Of a stretch of DNA of 64,000 nucleotides, positions 8,337 to 18,093 are shown piece after piece. The DNA is from Acidimicrobiaceae bacterium (GTDB taxonomy: Bacteria > Actinomycetota > Acidimicrobiia > Acidimicrobiales > Palsa-688), in contig PMHH01000109.1 of NCBI GenBank assembly GCA_003156595.1, positions 7,168 through 71,167 on the forward strand, read 5' to 3'. Numbering within the stretch: position 1 is the stretch's first letter; every line of letters starts with the position of its first letter. The position numbers and the translations under genes are program-made. The notes under the pieces are model-generated. The model saw only the letters and a program-made list of their open reading frames with translations, was not told where the DNA came from and ran no database searches.

Positions 8337-9782
8337 ATGGACGAACGCCGCCAACTGTTGATCGGGGGCAACTGGGTGGACTCGGAGGCAACGGGGTCCA
8401 TCGACGTGATCAGTGCGTCGACCGAGGAGGTCATCGGTCGGGTGCCCGACGCGGTGCCGGCCGACATCGACCGGGCCGTGGCCGCCGCCCGCACCGCCTT
8501 CGAGTCCGGCCCGTGGCCGGCGCTCACCGCCGCCGAACGGGCCGGTTACCTGACCGCCCTGTCGCAGGCGTTGCAACGACGGGACGCCGAGCTGTCCTCC
8601 ACCATCACCGCGGAAAATGGCACCCCGTCGATGCTGTGCTCGATGATCCAGGTCTTTCCCGCCACCATGACCCTGGACTACTACGCCGGCCTGGCCACCG
8701 AGACTCCGCTCGAGGAGCGACGGGAGGGGATGCTCGGTGGGATCATCGTGCAGCGAGTACCGGTCGGGGTGGTCGCCGCGATCGTGCCGTGGAACGTGCC
8801 GCTCTACACGGCCGCGCTCAAGCTGGGGCCCGCCCTGGCCGCCGGCTGCACGGTGGTGCTGAAGCCCTCCCCGGAGACGGCCCTCGATGCCTACCTGCTG
8901 GCCGAGGCGTTGGTGGAGATCGGCCTCCCGCCGGGAGTGGTCAACGTGGTCGTCGCCGACCGCGCCACCAGCGAGTACCTGGTGACCCATCCCGATGTCG
9001 ACAAGGTGGCCTTCACCGGCAGCACCGCGGCTGGCCGCAAGATCGCGGCGGCGTGCGGCGATCTGCTCCGGCCCGTCACCCTCGAATTGGGCGGGAAGTC
9101 CGCGGCCATCGTGCTCGATGACGCCGACGTGGCCCAGGTCGCGGAGACCTTGATGCCGATGGCGTCGATGATGCTCAGTGGACAGGCCTGCATCGCCCAG
9201 ACCCGCATCTTGGCCCCGCGGTCCCGCTACGACGAGGTGGTCGAGGCTCTGACGGAGAAGGTCCGCAGCCTGGCGGTCGGCGATCCGTTCGATCCCAACA
9301 CCATCATCGGGCCACTCGTGGCCGCCCGCCAGCGCGACCGGGTCGAGTCCTACATCGCCCTCGGCCAGCAGGAGGGGGCGAAGGTCACCGTCGGCGGGGG
9401 CCGCCCGGCCCACCTCCCCCGGGGCTGGTACGTCGAGCCGACCGTGCTGACCAACGTCGACAACCACATGCGGGTCGCCCAGGAGGAGATCTTCGGCCCA
9501 GTCGCGGTCGTGATCCCCTACGAGGACACCGACGACGCCATCCGCCTGGCCAACCAGTCCGACTACGGCCTGGGCGGCGGCGTGTACACGGCCGACCCGG
9601 CCCGGGGCCTCGATGTGGCCCGCCAGATGACGACGGGGACCGTCACCCTCAACGGGATCGGCCTCGAGACCTGCGCCCCCTTCGGGGGGGTCAAGCAGTC
9701 CGGCCTGGGCCGGGAACTGGGACCGGAAGGCCTCGCCGCCTACTTCAATCTCAAGTCCATCATGCAGGTGCCGCCGGCGTGA
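8337..9782 (+). CDS. NAD(P)-dependent aldehyde dehydrogenase
   Basis: The motifs are ELGGKSAAIVLDDAD, the catalytic Cys in SGQACIAQTR, and EEIFGPV. An RBS (AAGGGAGGA) lies upstream. Confidence 0.95.
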   Translation: MDERRQLLIGGNWVDSEATGSIDVISASTEEVIGRVPDAVPADIDRAVAAARTAFESGPWPALTAAERAGYLTALSQALQRRDAELSSTITAENGTPSMLCSMIQVFPATMTLDYYAGLATETPLEERREGMLGGIIVQRVPVGVVAAIVPWNVPLYTAALKLGPALAAGCTVVLKPSPETALDAYLLAEALVEIGLPPGVVNVVVADRATSEYLVTHPDVDKVAFTGSTAAGRKIAAACGDLLRPVTLELGGKSAAIVLDDADVAQVAETLMPMASMMLSGQACIAQTRILAPRSRYDEVVEALTEKVRSLAVGDPFDPNTIIGPLVAARQRDRVESYIALGQQEGAKVTVGGGRPAHLPRGWYVEPTVLTNVDNHMRVAQEEIFGPVAVVIPYEDTDDAIRLANQSDYGLGGGVYTADPARGLDVARQMTTGTVTLNGIGLETCAPFGGVKQSGLGRELGPEGLAAYFNLKSIMQVPPA

Positions 9783-11263
9783 CAGACGCCAGCAACGCCG
9801 CTCCCCTGGCGCCCCGTGCCATCGCCGACGTGCCGTCGTGGGAAGCGGAAGCCGACGTGGTGATCGTCGGCTACGGCTGCGCCGGCGCGTCGGCCGCCAT
9901 CGAGGCCCGTCAAGCCGGAGCCGACGTGCTGGTCGTCGAACGGGCCACCGCCGGTGGCGGCGCCAGCGCCATGGCCGGCGGCGAGATTTACCTGGGTGGT
10001 GGGACGGCGGTGCAAAAGGCGTGCGGGTTCGACGACACCCCGGAGGCCATGTACACCTACCTGATGGCGGCGACCGGGCCGGGACCCAACCAGGCCAAGG
10101 TCGAGGTGTACTGCGAGCGCAGCGTCGAGCACTTCCAATGGCTGGTGGACTGCGGCGTGGTCTTCAAGGAGTCCTTCTACGAACGGCCGTGCTGGGAGCC
10201 GCCGACCGATGACGGACTGGTGTACACGGGCGGGGAGAACGCCTGGCCGTTCAACCAGATCGCCCAGCCCGCACCCAGGGGTCACATCCCCCAGATGGAA
10301 AAAAAGAGGCCCGGTGAGAAATCCGGCGGGTGGATGTTGATGCAGCATCTTTCGGCGACGGCCGAGGCAGCCGGGGCGCGGGTCATGCCCGACACCCGAG
10401 TCTCGCAACTGGTGGTTGAACCAGACGGACGGGTGGCGGGCGTGATCGCCCGCCAGTTCGGCGCCGAGGTGGCCTTGCGGGCCCGGCGCGGCGTGGTCCT
10501 GGCCAGCGGCGGATTCATGGCCAATGCGGACATGGTGGCTCAGCACGCCCCGTTGGTCGCCGGCCAGATGGTCCTCGGCACTGACGGCGACGACGGCACC
10601 TCCATTCGCTTGGGCCAAGGTCTGGGTGCGGCGGTGGCCCATCTCGACGCGGCCCAGACGGCGATGCCGAGCGTCCCGTTGCTGGTGTACCCGTCGATCC
10701 TGGTCAACCAGTACGGGCAGCGCTTTATCAACGAGGACACCTACTGCGGTCGCAGCGGCCAGGCGGCCGTCTTCCACCAGCAGGCTCGTTGTTCGCTGGT
10801 GCTCGACGAGAAGATCTTCGAGTCGGTGCCTGAAGCCGACCGGTGGGGCTACCGCCCCACGTGGGTGTGCGAGACCGTCGCGGAGCTGGAAGCCGAGATG
10901 GGGCTCCCCCTGCGGTCGCTTCAGTCAACGGTGGACCTCTACAACGAGCACGCCTCCCGAGGCGAAGACCCGCTCTTCCACAAGCGGGCCGAGTTCCTCC
11001 GACCGCTCCAATCCCCATTCGGGGCTATCCCCCTCAACGGTCTGCCCTATGCGGTGTTCACCCTGGGCGGCCTGGTGACGACCGTCGACGGCGAGGTGAT
11101 CGGTCCCGGCGGTGAGCCCATCGCCGGGCTCTACGCCGCGGGGCGGGCCACCTCGGGTATCCCGTCGTGGGGCTACGCCAGCGGGACTTCCCTCGGGGAC
11201 GGCACCTTCTTCGGCCGCCGAGCCGGGAGAGCCGCCGCGTCAGCTCGACCCCGAGTCGAGTAA
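9779..11263 (+). CDS. FAD-dependent oxidoreductase of the KstD / fumarate-reductase flavoprotein family
   Basis: The N-terminal dinucleotide fold is VVIVGYGCAGASAAIEA...VVERA. The C-terminus is GLYAAGRATSG...GTSLGDGTFFGR. A GTGA overlap links it to the ALDH gene. Confidence 0.8.
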   Translation: MTDASNAAPLAPRAIADVPSWEAEADVVIVGYGCAGASAAIEARQAGADVLVVERATAGGGASAMAGGEIYLGGGTAVQKACGFDDTPEAMYTYLMAATGPGPNQAKVEVYCERSVEHFQWLVDCGVVFKESFYERPCWEPPTDDGLVYTGGENAWPFNQIAQPAPRGHIPQMEKKRPGEKSGGWMLMQHLSATAEAAGARVMPDTRVSQLVVEPDGRVAGVIARQFGAEVALRARRGVVLASGGFMANADMVAQHAPLVAGQMVLGTDGDDGTSIRLGQGLGAAVAHLDAAQTAMPSVPLLVYPSILVNQYGQRFINEDTYCGRSGQAAVFHQQARCSLVLDEKIFESVPEADRWGYRPTWVCETVAELEAEMGLPLRSLQSTVDLYNEHASRGEDPLFHKRAEFLRPLQSPFGAIPLNGLPYAVFTLGGLVTTVDGEVIGPGGEPIAGLYAAGRATSGIPSWGYASGTSLGDGTFFGRRAGRAAASARPRVE

Positions 11264-11886
11264 GACTGAATTCCTTCGGCGAGGATGCCTGCGACCATCG
11301 ACCCAGTCTGGTCGGGAGAGTACTTCCCGTCCGGATCGAACCAGGTATGGAGGCTGTTCATCATGGCGAGCAATATGCGGGCCGTGTCGGTTGGCGGCCA
11401 CACCTGCCGGATCCAGCCGTCAGCCATCCCGGCTGTGATGAGCTCAACGAAGACGTTCTCGTAGGTCTTGCGAAACTCTACTGCCTGCTGCCTACGAGTC
11501 CCAGACAGCCGATAGGCATACAAACCGTATATTCGGGCCCCTCTGGGGTCGCTGCACTCGACGAAGCAATGGCGCCGCACGAATTCCTCGAACCTTCTAC
11601 GGCTCGAGACGTCGAGATCAGCTAGTGCTCGTAGGACTTCGAGGTAACGTTGATGCTGATCCTGAACGACTGCAAACAACAGATCTTCCTTGCTGGCAAT
11701 ATAGTGATAAAGCGTTCCCTTGCTCACGCCGAGGCTCTCGCATATGTCTCGGATCGAGGAGCCGTCGTAGCCTCGTTTGTAGAAAATATCTGCAGCACAT
11801 TCTACGACTTCTCGCCAGCGGGGGCCTTCGGCGGGAAGTCCGTTTGTGTCTGCAGCCGGCGCACCTAGCGCCTGGGCGTCTTCCAT
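11173..11886 (-). CDS. TetR-family transcriptional regulator
   Basis: The HTH is FYKRGYDGSSIRDICESLGVSKGTLYHYIASKEDLL. The last ~30 codons overlap the 3' end of the convergent flavoprotein gene. Confidence 0.85.
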   Translation of the reverse strand: MEDAQALGAPAADTNGLPAEGPRWREVVECAADIFYKRGYDGSSIRDICESLGVSKGTLYHYIASKEDLLFAVVQDQHQRYLEVLRALADLDVSSRRRFEEFVRRHCFVECSDPRGARIYGLYAYRLSGTRRQQAVEFRKTYENVFVELITAGMADGWIRQVWPPTDTARILLAMMNSLHTWFDPDGKYSPDQTGSMVAGILAEGIQSYSTRGRADAAALPARRPKKVPSPREVPLA

Positions 11887-11985
11887 GTTGCTCCGATCCT
11901 AAGACCCCTCTAGGTGATCTGTACTCTTCAACACGAAAGTTGAATACCTTTGGCACGACGCCGTCGGTCCAGTTCGGCTCGCGAG

Positions 11986-13197
11986 CTACCCGATGATGCC
12001 GCGCTCCTTGAAGTCGCCTATGTCTGCCCAGTCACATCCCAGCTCGAGCAAGATCTCCTCGGTGTGCTCGCCGTGCTCTGGTGCCCGTCGCAGCTCTCCG
12101 ATGGGCTTCTCATCGAATTGAGCGGGCGAGGCTACGACTCGCAAAGACGAGCCGTCCCCCGTCACCACAGAAGGAAGGAACCCGCAGGCAAGCGCCTGCT
12201 GGTCTTCGCAGATGTCCTCCGGACTCAGAACCGGTGCCCATACTCCCTCGGCGGTGGCCAGAGCTGAGGACCATTCGTCAAGGGTCCGGGTCTTGAAGAT
12301 GGCGTCAAGAGTCTCCACGACCACGCCAATGTTCTCCTGACGGGCCTCAGCCGTTGAGAACGTAGGGTTATCGATCAGGTCGGGTCTCCCGATGTGCCGT
12401 GCCAAGTCTGGCCACCAGCGATCGGCCTGGAGCATTACCAGACAGATCCATCGTTCGTCACGGGTGGGGTAGAAGTTCACGAGAGGATTGAAGGTGGTAA
12501 GCCGAGAGATTGGCGGCTGGCGCCTTCCAATATTCGCCGCGGAGATGGCTTGACTGATCATCCACATGCCTGTCGTGTAGAGAGACATATCGACCACGCC
12601 GCCGACGCCCGTTCGCTCGCGGCGAAGGAGTGCAGCTGCGATCCCACCAGCCAGGTTGAGGCCGCCGGTGAGATCGCCAATCGATGCAGGCATGAAGGGA
12701 GGCACACCATCGTGGGCCATCAGGTATGCCAGTCCGCCCCGGGCCCATGCCGCCGACATGTCGAACCCGCCTCGCTCTGCTTCCGGACCGACGAGACCCT
12801 GACCCGTGCCTCGGGCGTAGATGATCGCCGGGTTCTGTCCGAGTATGTCTGACGCGTCAATCCGCAAGCTCGCTCTCGTCTTTGACAGGAAGTTGGTGAT
12901 AAAGACATCGGCCTCGGCTACCAGGCGATACAGAAGCGTCAGTCCGTCCGGTTCGCTGATATCGATCGCGATGCTGCGCTTGCCGCGGTTGGGAACCTCC
13001 ATCATAGGGTTCGGTCCCGTGTCAGAGGTCAAGGCGTTGATCAGCCCGCGTTGCGGATCGCCAGTAACGGGATGTTCGACCTTGACGACATCGGCGCCCC
13101 AATCAGCCAGGACCGCCGCCGCCGTCGGGACGAACGTCCACGAGGCGACCTCCACGACCTTGATCCCTTCTAGAACGTCATACATCCGTACTCTCAT
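11986..13197 (-). CDS. Family III CoA-transferase (CaiB/BaiF type)
   Basis: LEGIKVVEVASWTFVPTAAAVLADWGADVVKVEHP is the typical N-terminus for this family. Confidence 0.9.
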   Translation of the reverse strand: MRVRMYDVLEGIKVVEVASWTFVPTAAAVLADWGADVVKVEHPVTGDPQRGLINALTSDTGPNPMMEVPNRGKRSIAIDISEPDGLTLLYRLVAEADVFITNFLSKTRASLRIDASDILGQNPAIIYARGTGQGLVGPEAERGGFDMSAAWARGGLAYLMAHDGVPPFMPASIGDLTGGLNLAGGIAAALLRRERTGVGGVVDMSLYTTGMWMISQAISAANIGRRQPPISRLTTFNPLVNFYPTRDERWICLVMLQADRWWPDLARHIGRPDLIDNPTFSTAEARQENIGVVVETLDAIFKTRTLDEWSSALATAEGVWAPVLSPEDICEDQQALACGFLPSVVTGDGSSLRVVASPAQFDEKPIGELRRAPEHGEHTEEILLELGCDWADIGDFKERGIIG

Positions 13198-13257
13198 TCT
13201 GCACTGGTGACTGGTGGATTCTTGGCTGGCGTCGGCTATCCGTAGGGGCCAATTCCG

Positions 13258-14406
13258 CTACTTAGTGAGCAGGACCGCACCAGCGAACGGGCCGAATGCA
13301 TTGGTGAAGATGGACACTTCTGCTCCGGGCACCTGCCGCTCGCCAGACTCTCCTCGCAGCTGCCGGGTAGCCTCGATGCAGAAGTTGGCTCCATGGCGGC
13401 GTCCGACATTGCACGCGCCTCCGTCGGTATTGACTGGCAGAGATCGCCCGAGGGCGGTATGCCCAGCCTCGACAAACGGGCCTGCTTCACCCGGGCCACA
13501 AAAGCCGAGCGCCTCCAGCCACTCCATGGTGATGATGGTGAAGCCGTCGTACAGCTGGGCGCAATCGACGTCCGATGGTCCAAGGTCGGTTCGCGCCCAC
13601 AGACGATCTGAGCACAGCTTCGGTGACGACGGCCCGGTATCAGTCAGAATCTCGAAGTTGAGATCTTGGATGGCCGAGAAGGCGGCTGCTTCGACATAGA
13701 CCGGCGGCTTGCGACAATCGGCTGCGCGCTCGCGGGTGGTCACGATGATCGCCGACCCCGAGTCGCAGGGGTAGTCGCAGTCGAGGAGGCGCAGTGGCTT
13801 GCTGATGTAGCGGCTAGCGAGATACTCATCGAGAGTCAGCGGGGTTCGAAACAGTGCATCCTCGTTTAGGACTGCATGCCCTCGTTGAGTGATGACCTGG
13901 GCGCCAAATTGCTCCTCCGTGGCACCGTACGCATCCATATAGAGCTGGGTGCGCAGGGCCGCCCACTGGGTCGGCGAGCCGGCACCAAACGGGGCTAGGA
14001 ACTGGGCGTCACCGGCGACGGGGGGGCTGCTGGCCGCAGTCGCCAGGACCACGGGGGTGCTGGGCTGCTGCTGGATCACGCGCAGCACCAGGCAGGTATC
14101 ACAGAGTCCGGCCTGTACGGCGGCCATGGCCTCGAGCGCGGGGTGCATGAAGGCCGCGCTCTCCAGGCCGGTGGTCGCCACCCAGGACGCCGGCATGAGG
14201 CCGAGCATCCAGCCCAATGACATGGCATTCTCGGTTGCTCTTGATCCCGACGTGCAGTACGAGCAGAGCCCGTCGATGTCCTCGGGGGTCAATCCGCTGT
14301 CTTCCATCGCAGCCTTGGCCGCCTGGGTGGCTAGCTCCGCCGCGGTCAGACCGGTGTTCCTTCCCACCGTGGAGTACCCGACACCGGCTATGGCGACTCG
14401 GTTCAT
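13258..14406 (-). CDS. Thiolase-like protein (SCP-x / lipid-transfer-protein type)
   Basis: It begins VAIAGVGYSTVGR and has a thiolase-like C-terminal half (GGACNVGRRHGANF). An ATGA overlap links it to the upstream DUF35 gene. Confidence 0.8.
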   Translation of the reverse strand: MNRVAIAGVGYSTVGRNTGLTAAELATQAAKAAMEDSGLTPEDIDGLCSYCTSGSRATENAMSLGWMLGLMPASWVATTGLESAAFMHPALEAMAAVQAGLCDTCLVLRVIQQQPSTPVVLATAASSPPVAGDAQFLAPFGAGSPTQWAALRTQLYMDAYGATEEQFGAQVITQRGHAVLNEDALFRTPLTLDEYLASRYISKPLRLLDCDYPCDSGSAIIVTTRERAADCRKPPVYVEAAAFSAIQDLNFEILTDTGPSSPKLCSDRLWARTDLGPSDVDCAQLYDGFTIITMEWLEALGFCGPGEAGPFVEAGHTALGRSLPVNTDGGACNVGRRHGANFCIEATRQLRGESGERQVPGAEVSIFTNAFGPFAGAVLLTK

Positions 14407-14867
14407 CGGTCGCCACCACGCCGTGTAGTCGCGGGCTCGAAGAGGGGCAAAGTCAGCCCGGGGGCGACTTCGCGATAGAGAACTTCCACCAACATGTTTG
14501 GCTGGACCGCCATGGGTTCAACTCCGACGAGGTTACTGACCATCATTAGCCCCGGCTGTTCTTCGAGTTCCACCGTGGCGATGATGTAAGGAACCCGTTC
14601 CAAGAAGTACGGATGGAATGCTTGGGTGGCAGAGGTGTAGGTGTGGAGCCTTCCCCGCCCAGATACTTCGGCAGGGGATAGATCTGTCGCCAGGCAGAAG
14701 CGGCAAACCGGTCGAGGCCAGTGGATGTAACTCTGGCATTGCCGGCAGCGATGTATCAGTAGCTTCCCGTCGCGAGCTCCCTGCCAGAAGAACGCCGTCA
14801 GCGAATCCTCCGCCGGTCTCGGCGGGATGACGGCGGAGGAGTTGCCGAAGAGCGTGGTCGTGTTCAT
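14403..14867 (-). CDS. DUF35 OB-fold / zinc-ribbon protein, partner of the thiolase-like protein
   Basis: The rubredoxin-like zinc ribbon is CRQCQSYIHWPRPVCRFC, followed by an OB-fold segment (GRGRLHTYT). Confidence 0.8.
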   Translation of the reverse strand: MNTTTLFGNSSAVIPPRPAEDSLTAFFWQGARDGKLLIHRCRQCQSYIHWPRPVCRFCLATDLSPAEVSGRGRLHTYTSATQAFHPYFLERVPYIIATVELEEQPGLMMVSNLVGVEPMAVQPNMLVEVLYREVAPGLTLPLFEPATTRRGGDR

Positions 14868-14887
14868 GGGCAGCCTATGAGCAGGGG

Positions 14888-15364
14888 TTACGCAGACGGT
14901 ACGTGGGTCTCTATCAGTTCGATGACGGTGCCGTCCGGGTCACGAAAACACGCGAATATTCCATCACCCCCGGGAATGGACAGCGGTTCCGCGATGAATT
15001 CGATGCCGAGACCCTGAAGTCGATCAACTTCCTCGGCAATATTTCGGGTCCAAAGGGTCAGCCGGGCCAAGCCGATTCCAGCCAGGTCCGAGTGGGGTGG
15101 GGAGTGCGTGGGTTCTCCGTGAGTCTGCGGTCGCAACCACTGGATCAGGTCGATCCTGGCCAGGCGGGCCTGGCTTGGATCCAAGGACAGGATGGCGGCG
15201 CGAGCCTTCGAGTCCGTGCTCAACCCCAACCCTCTCATCACATCGCCCCCGTCGATCTCTCCGAGATCGGCGGCCACCTTGAAGCCGAGATCTTGATAAA
15301 AGGCTATAGATCGATCGAGATCCGTGCAGTTTATGTTGATGTGGAAAATGGCCGTGATTGACAT
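14888..15364 (-). CDS. VOC (glyoxalase/bleomycin-resistance/dioxygenase) family protein
   Basis: The pattern is HININCTDLDRSIAFYQDLGF ... FRDPDGTVIELIE. Confidence 0.8.
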   Translation of the reverse strand: MSITAIFHININCTDLDRSIAFYQDLGFKVAADLGEIDGGDVMRGLGLSTDSKARAAILSLDPSQARLARIDLIQWLRPQTHGEPTHSPPHSDLAGIGLARLTLWTRNIAEEVDRLQGLGIEFIAEPLSIPGGDGIFACFRDPDGTVIELIETHVPSA

Positions 15365-15412
15365 CGGGCTCTCCTAACTGGATCAACGAATAGTTGTGAC
15401 GACCGTGGGCTA

Positions 15413-16333
15413 TCAGCCACCTGACGGTGCTATGGCGATCCCGAACACTCGTTCGAAGTCAGCGTAATATTCCTCATCGTCTGTGGCGGCACCCAATGCA
15501 ACCCATTCCTCGTCTGTCATTCGGCGCCTACCACCTGCGATCTGCTCCGCGCCCCATCCTACTAAGTAGCGCAACTTTGGATCCTCGCTTGTTACGGCGC
15601 GGTGGATGACTCTTGCCACCTCGAATGGATCTGCAGCCACCGGTATGGCAACCGCGTAGAGTTGGAACATGCGGCGGTAATGAGCGCGGTAGGGCCCCGA
15701 AACGTCCGGGACGTCGGCATTCTTGGCGAATATGGGAGTTCTGGTTACGCCGGGCTCAATGATGGCCACTCGAATGTTGAACGGGGCAAGCTCGAACGCC
15801 AGTTCTTCGCTCAGACCTTCCAAGGCCCACTTCGAGGCGACGTAGGGAGCTTGGGCCAAGGAGGCCAGCCGGCCGGCGACGGAGCTGACATTGACTACGC
15901 AACCGCGGGAGGCGGCCCTCATTGATGGCAGCACCGCCTTGATGCAACGGAGAGCGCCGTAGACATTCACGTTCATGACAGCTTCGAGCTGCTCGACGGT
16001 CGATTCCTCGACCACCCCATTGCCGGCAACGCCCGCATTATTGACAAGGACGTCGACGGTCGTCACCTCACTCAGGATCTTCGATACTGCGGCGGCGACA
16101 CTCGAGTCGCTCGAGACGTCCATCTCGACGACATCGATGTGCGATCCCGCCGCTAGTGCCAGTTCTTGCAGCCGATCGGCCGATTTCGACTGCCGGACCG
16201 TGGCGTAGACATGGAATCCCGCAGCTGCAAGTTCCAAGGCGGTAGCTCTTCCGATGCCGGAATTGGCGCCGGTTACTATGGCGACCCCCGGTGCCTTGTC
16301 CTGCTGTCCCTCTAGTCTGCTGATAGCAATCAT
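15413..16333 (-). CDS. Short-chain dehydrogenase/reductase
   Basis: An ATG at 16333 follows GAGGGG. The motifs are VAIVTGANSGIG, NNAG and YVASK. The 112 upstream codons in the track ORF carry no SDR signal. Confidence 0.85.
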   Translation of the reverse strand: MIAISRLEGQQDKAPGVAIVTGANSGIGRATALELAAAGFHVYATVRQSKSADRLQELALAAGSHIDVVEMDVSSDSSVAAAVSKILSEVTTVDVLVNNAGVAGNGVVEESTVEQLEAVMNVNVYGALRCIKAVLPSMRAASRGCVVNVSSVAGRLASLAQAPYVASKWALEGLSEELAFELAPFNIRVAIIEPGVTRTPIFAKNADVPDVSGPYRAHYRRMFQLYAVAIPVAADPFEVARVIHRAVTSEDPKLRYLVGWGAEQIAGGRRRMTDEEWVALGAATDDEEYYADFERVFGIAIAPSGG

Positions 16334-16719
16334 CCCCTCGACCGGGCGTCCGACCGAGACTGTTGTCTCATATGTATCGGACTTTGTCAAGCCGGCCTGA
16401 TCCCGCCTGACCCCGTGACCGGCCAGGGCGACCTGCTGGACCCAACGATGGTGTTGCTGCGAATCGCCCGGACCCTTTTGCCCCGAGTTATACCGGCTTC
16501 TTGCACCTGCACCCCTCGTCACTGCCAGGGAGGGGCGCACCCCGAACGAGGTGAGTTCCCGAACATTTCCTTGACACGCCTCGGACGATGTGAGAGAAAT
16601 TGGCCGGTCGGACGGTCGGTCGAGAAGGGCTGCAAGGCCTTGTTTGACCGGGGTCCAACGGGGGAGCACATGACCGAGCGGTCATCCGTCGGCGCCGTCC
16701 GGCGCGACTCGCAGAAGGA

Positions 16720-17982
16720 GTGAGGGTGAGATCATCAGGAGTGACCCAGAGGCGATCACTGATGCTGTTCGCGTCAGTAACGCTGTTGGCCGGAGCCGTA
16801 CTGACTGCATGTGGGTCCAGTTCGAAGCCGGCGGCCACCAGTCCGTCCAGCGTCAGCCCGACGAGCGCAGCCGCGGCCCCGAGCGGCACTCCTATCAAGA
16901 TCATGCTGATGGGCTTGCTCTCGGGATCCATATCTGAGCCCGAGATTGGCACCGCCGGCAAGGCGGCCGTCGCGACCGTCAACGCTTCTGGCGGCATCAA
17001 TGGTCATCCGCTCCAGCTCGTGCTCTGCGACGACATGGGGAACCCCAACCTGAACGCCGCCTGTGGGCGTACCGCGATCTCCGACGGCGTAGTGGCCGTC
17101 GTGGGCAGCCTCTCCCTCGACGACCAGAACATCCTGCCCATCCTGGCGGCAGCCAACATCGCCGATATCGGTATGGTCGCCGTCGCACCACAAGACAGCA
17201 CCAGTGCCAACGCTTTCCCGGTGGATACCACCCCTGCTGCCGACACGGGAATCGGTGCAGATCTGAGTGCTAAGGCGGGGTGCAAAACGGCGGCCGATAT
17301 CACCTTCAACATCTCGGCCACGCTGCCGTATGTGAACTACGTCGAGGCCGGCTTTGCCGAGTATGGCGGTAACCCGAAAATGCGTATCGTGGCCGTAGCT
17401 CCGACGACCACGGACTTCACCGCCGCCATGGCCACTGCCACCGCCGGTGGGAACCGCTGCGTTGCCCTAGGAATGGGTGGTGCCGCTACGACTGAAGCGC
17501 TTATAGCTGCGCAAAAGCTCGGAGGGCTCACGGTGGCCACCGATGCGGCCGCCTTGTCCCTGCCAGCCGTCGCCGCCCTCAACCTTCCCAGCGGAATGCT
17601 GTACCTGACCTCCGTCTTCAAGCTCCCAGGCACTGGGACCTCCGCCGCCGACGCCTTCGTCACGGCGACCAAGGCCATCGATCCGAGCGTCAATGCCAAC
17701 ACCGATGCCGAAAACAGTTACGACGGCGTGCTGACGTTCGCTCAGATCGCAAAGGGACTACCGAGCGTCACCGCTCTCAGTGTTCTGAACGCCATGAAAG
17801 CATCCACCGGCGTGAATACGGGCTTGACGGGACCTGCTGCTTCGGGCTACCCCGGGCCCGTCGTCGGGCTCTCCCAGGTGGTCTACCTCTCAGTGTTCCC
17901 ATACTCTTACAGCTCGAACACCGCGCACAGCAACGGAAGCGCCATCAACTTGACGACCGCGGTCGTGGCGGGCGCCAAGTAA
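16720..17982 (+). CDS. Liv-type (Peripla_BP_6-like) ABC substrate-binding lipoprotein
   Basis: The lipobox is LLAGAVLTAC-GSS, and the body is a periplasmic-binding-fold type with IKIMLMG. The start may be GTG 16720 or GTG 16726. Confidence 0.8.
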   Translation: MRVRSSGVTQRRSLMLFASVTLLAGAVLTACGSSSKPAATSPSSVSPTSAAAAPSGTPIKIMLMGLLSGSISEPEIGTAGKAAVATVNASGGINGHPLQLVLCDDMGNPNLNAACGRTAISDGVVAVVGSLSLDDQNILPILAAANIADIGMVAVAPQDSTSANAFPVDTTPAADTGIGADLSAKAGCKTAADITFNISATLPYVNYVEAGFAEYGGNPKMRIVAVAPTTTDFTAAMATATAGGNRCVALGMGGAATTEALIAAQKLGGLTVATDAAALSLPAVAALNLPSGMLYLTSVFKLPGTGTSAADAFVTATKAIDPSVNANTDAENSYDGVLTFAQIAKGLPSVTALSVLNAMKASTGVNTGLTGPAASGYPGPVVGLSQVVYLSVFPYSYSSNTAHSNGSAINLTTAVVAGAK

Positions 17983-18093
17983 GTAGTCCTAGTCCCAACG
18001 CCTCCGCCACTTCGAAGGCCCGACAGCAAGGCTAGGATGCTCGCGTTGGCAAGGCGATACTCGCACCAGAGACACCACTAGCCGGCCAACGGA

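Noticed and set aside
11927-11944. The inverted repeat TTCAAC-N6-GTTGAA, 41 nt upstream of the first TetR gene, considered as an operator.
   Set aside because: It has only 6-bp arms and occurs once. It is plausible but far weaker than the 50.4-kb palindromes, so I do not call it without binding or conservation data.
16571-16600. A TTGACA hexamer (16571-16576) in the 386-bp divergent region upstream of the binding-protein gene, considered as a -35 box.
   Set aside because: No acceptable TANNNT -10 element lies at 16-19 bp spacing (the candidates are gagaaa and agaaat). A single hexamer match is not evidence.
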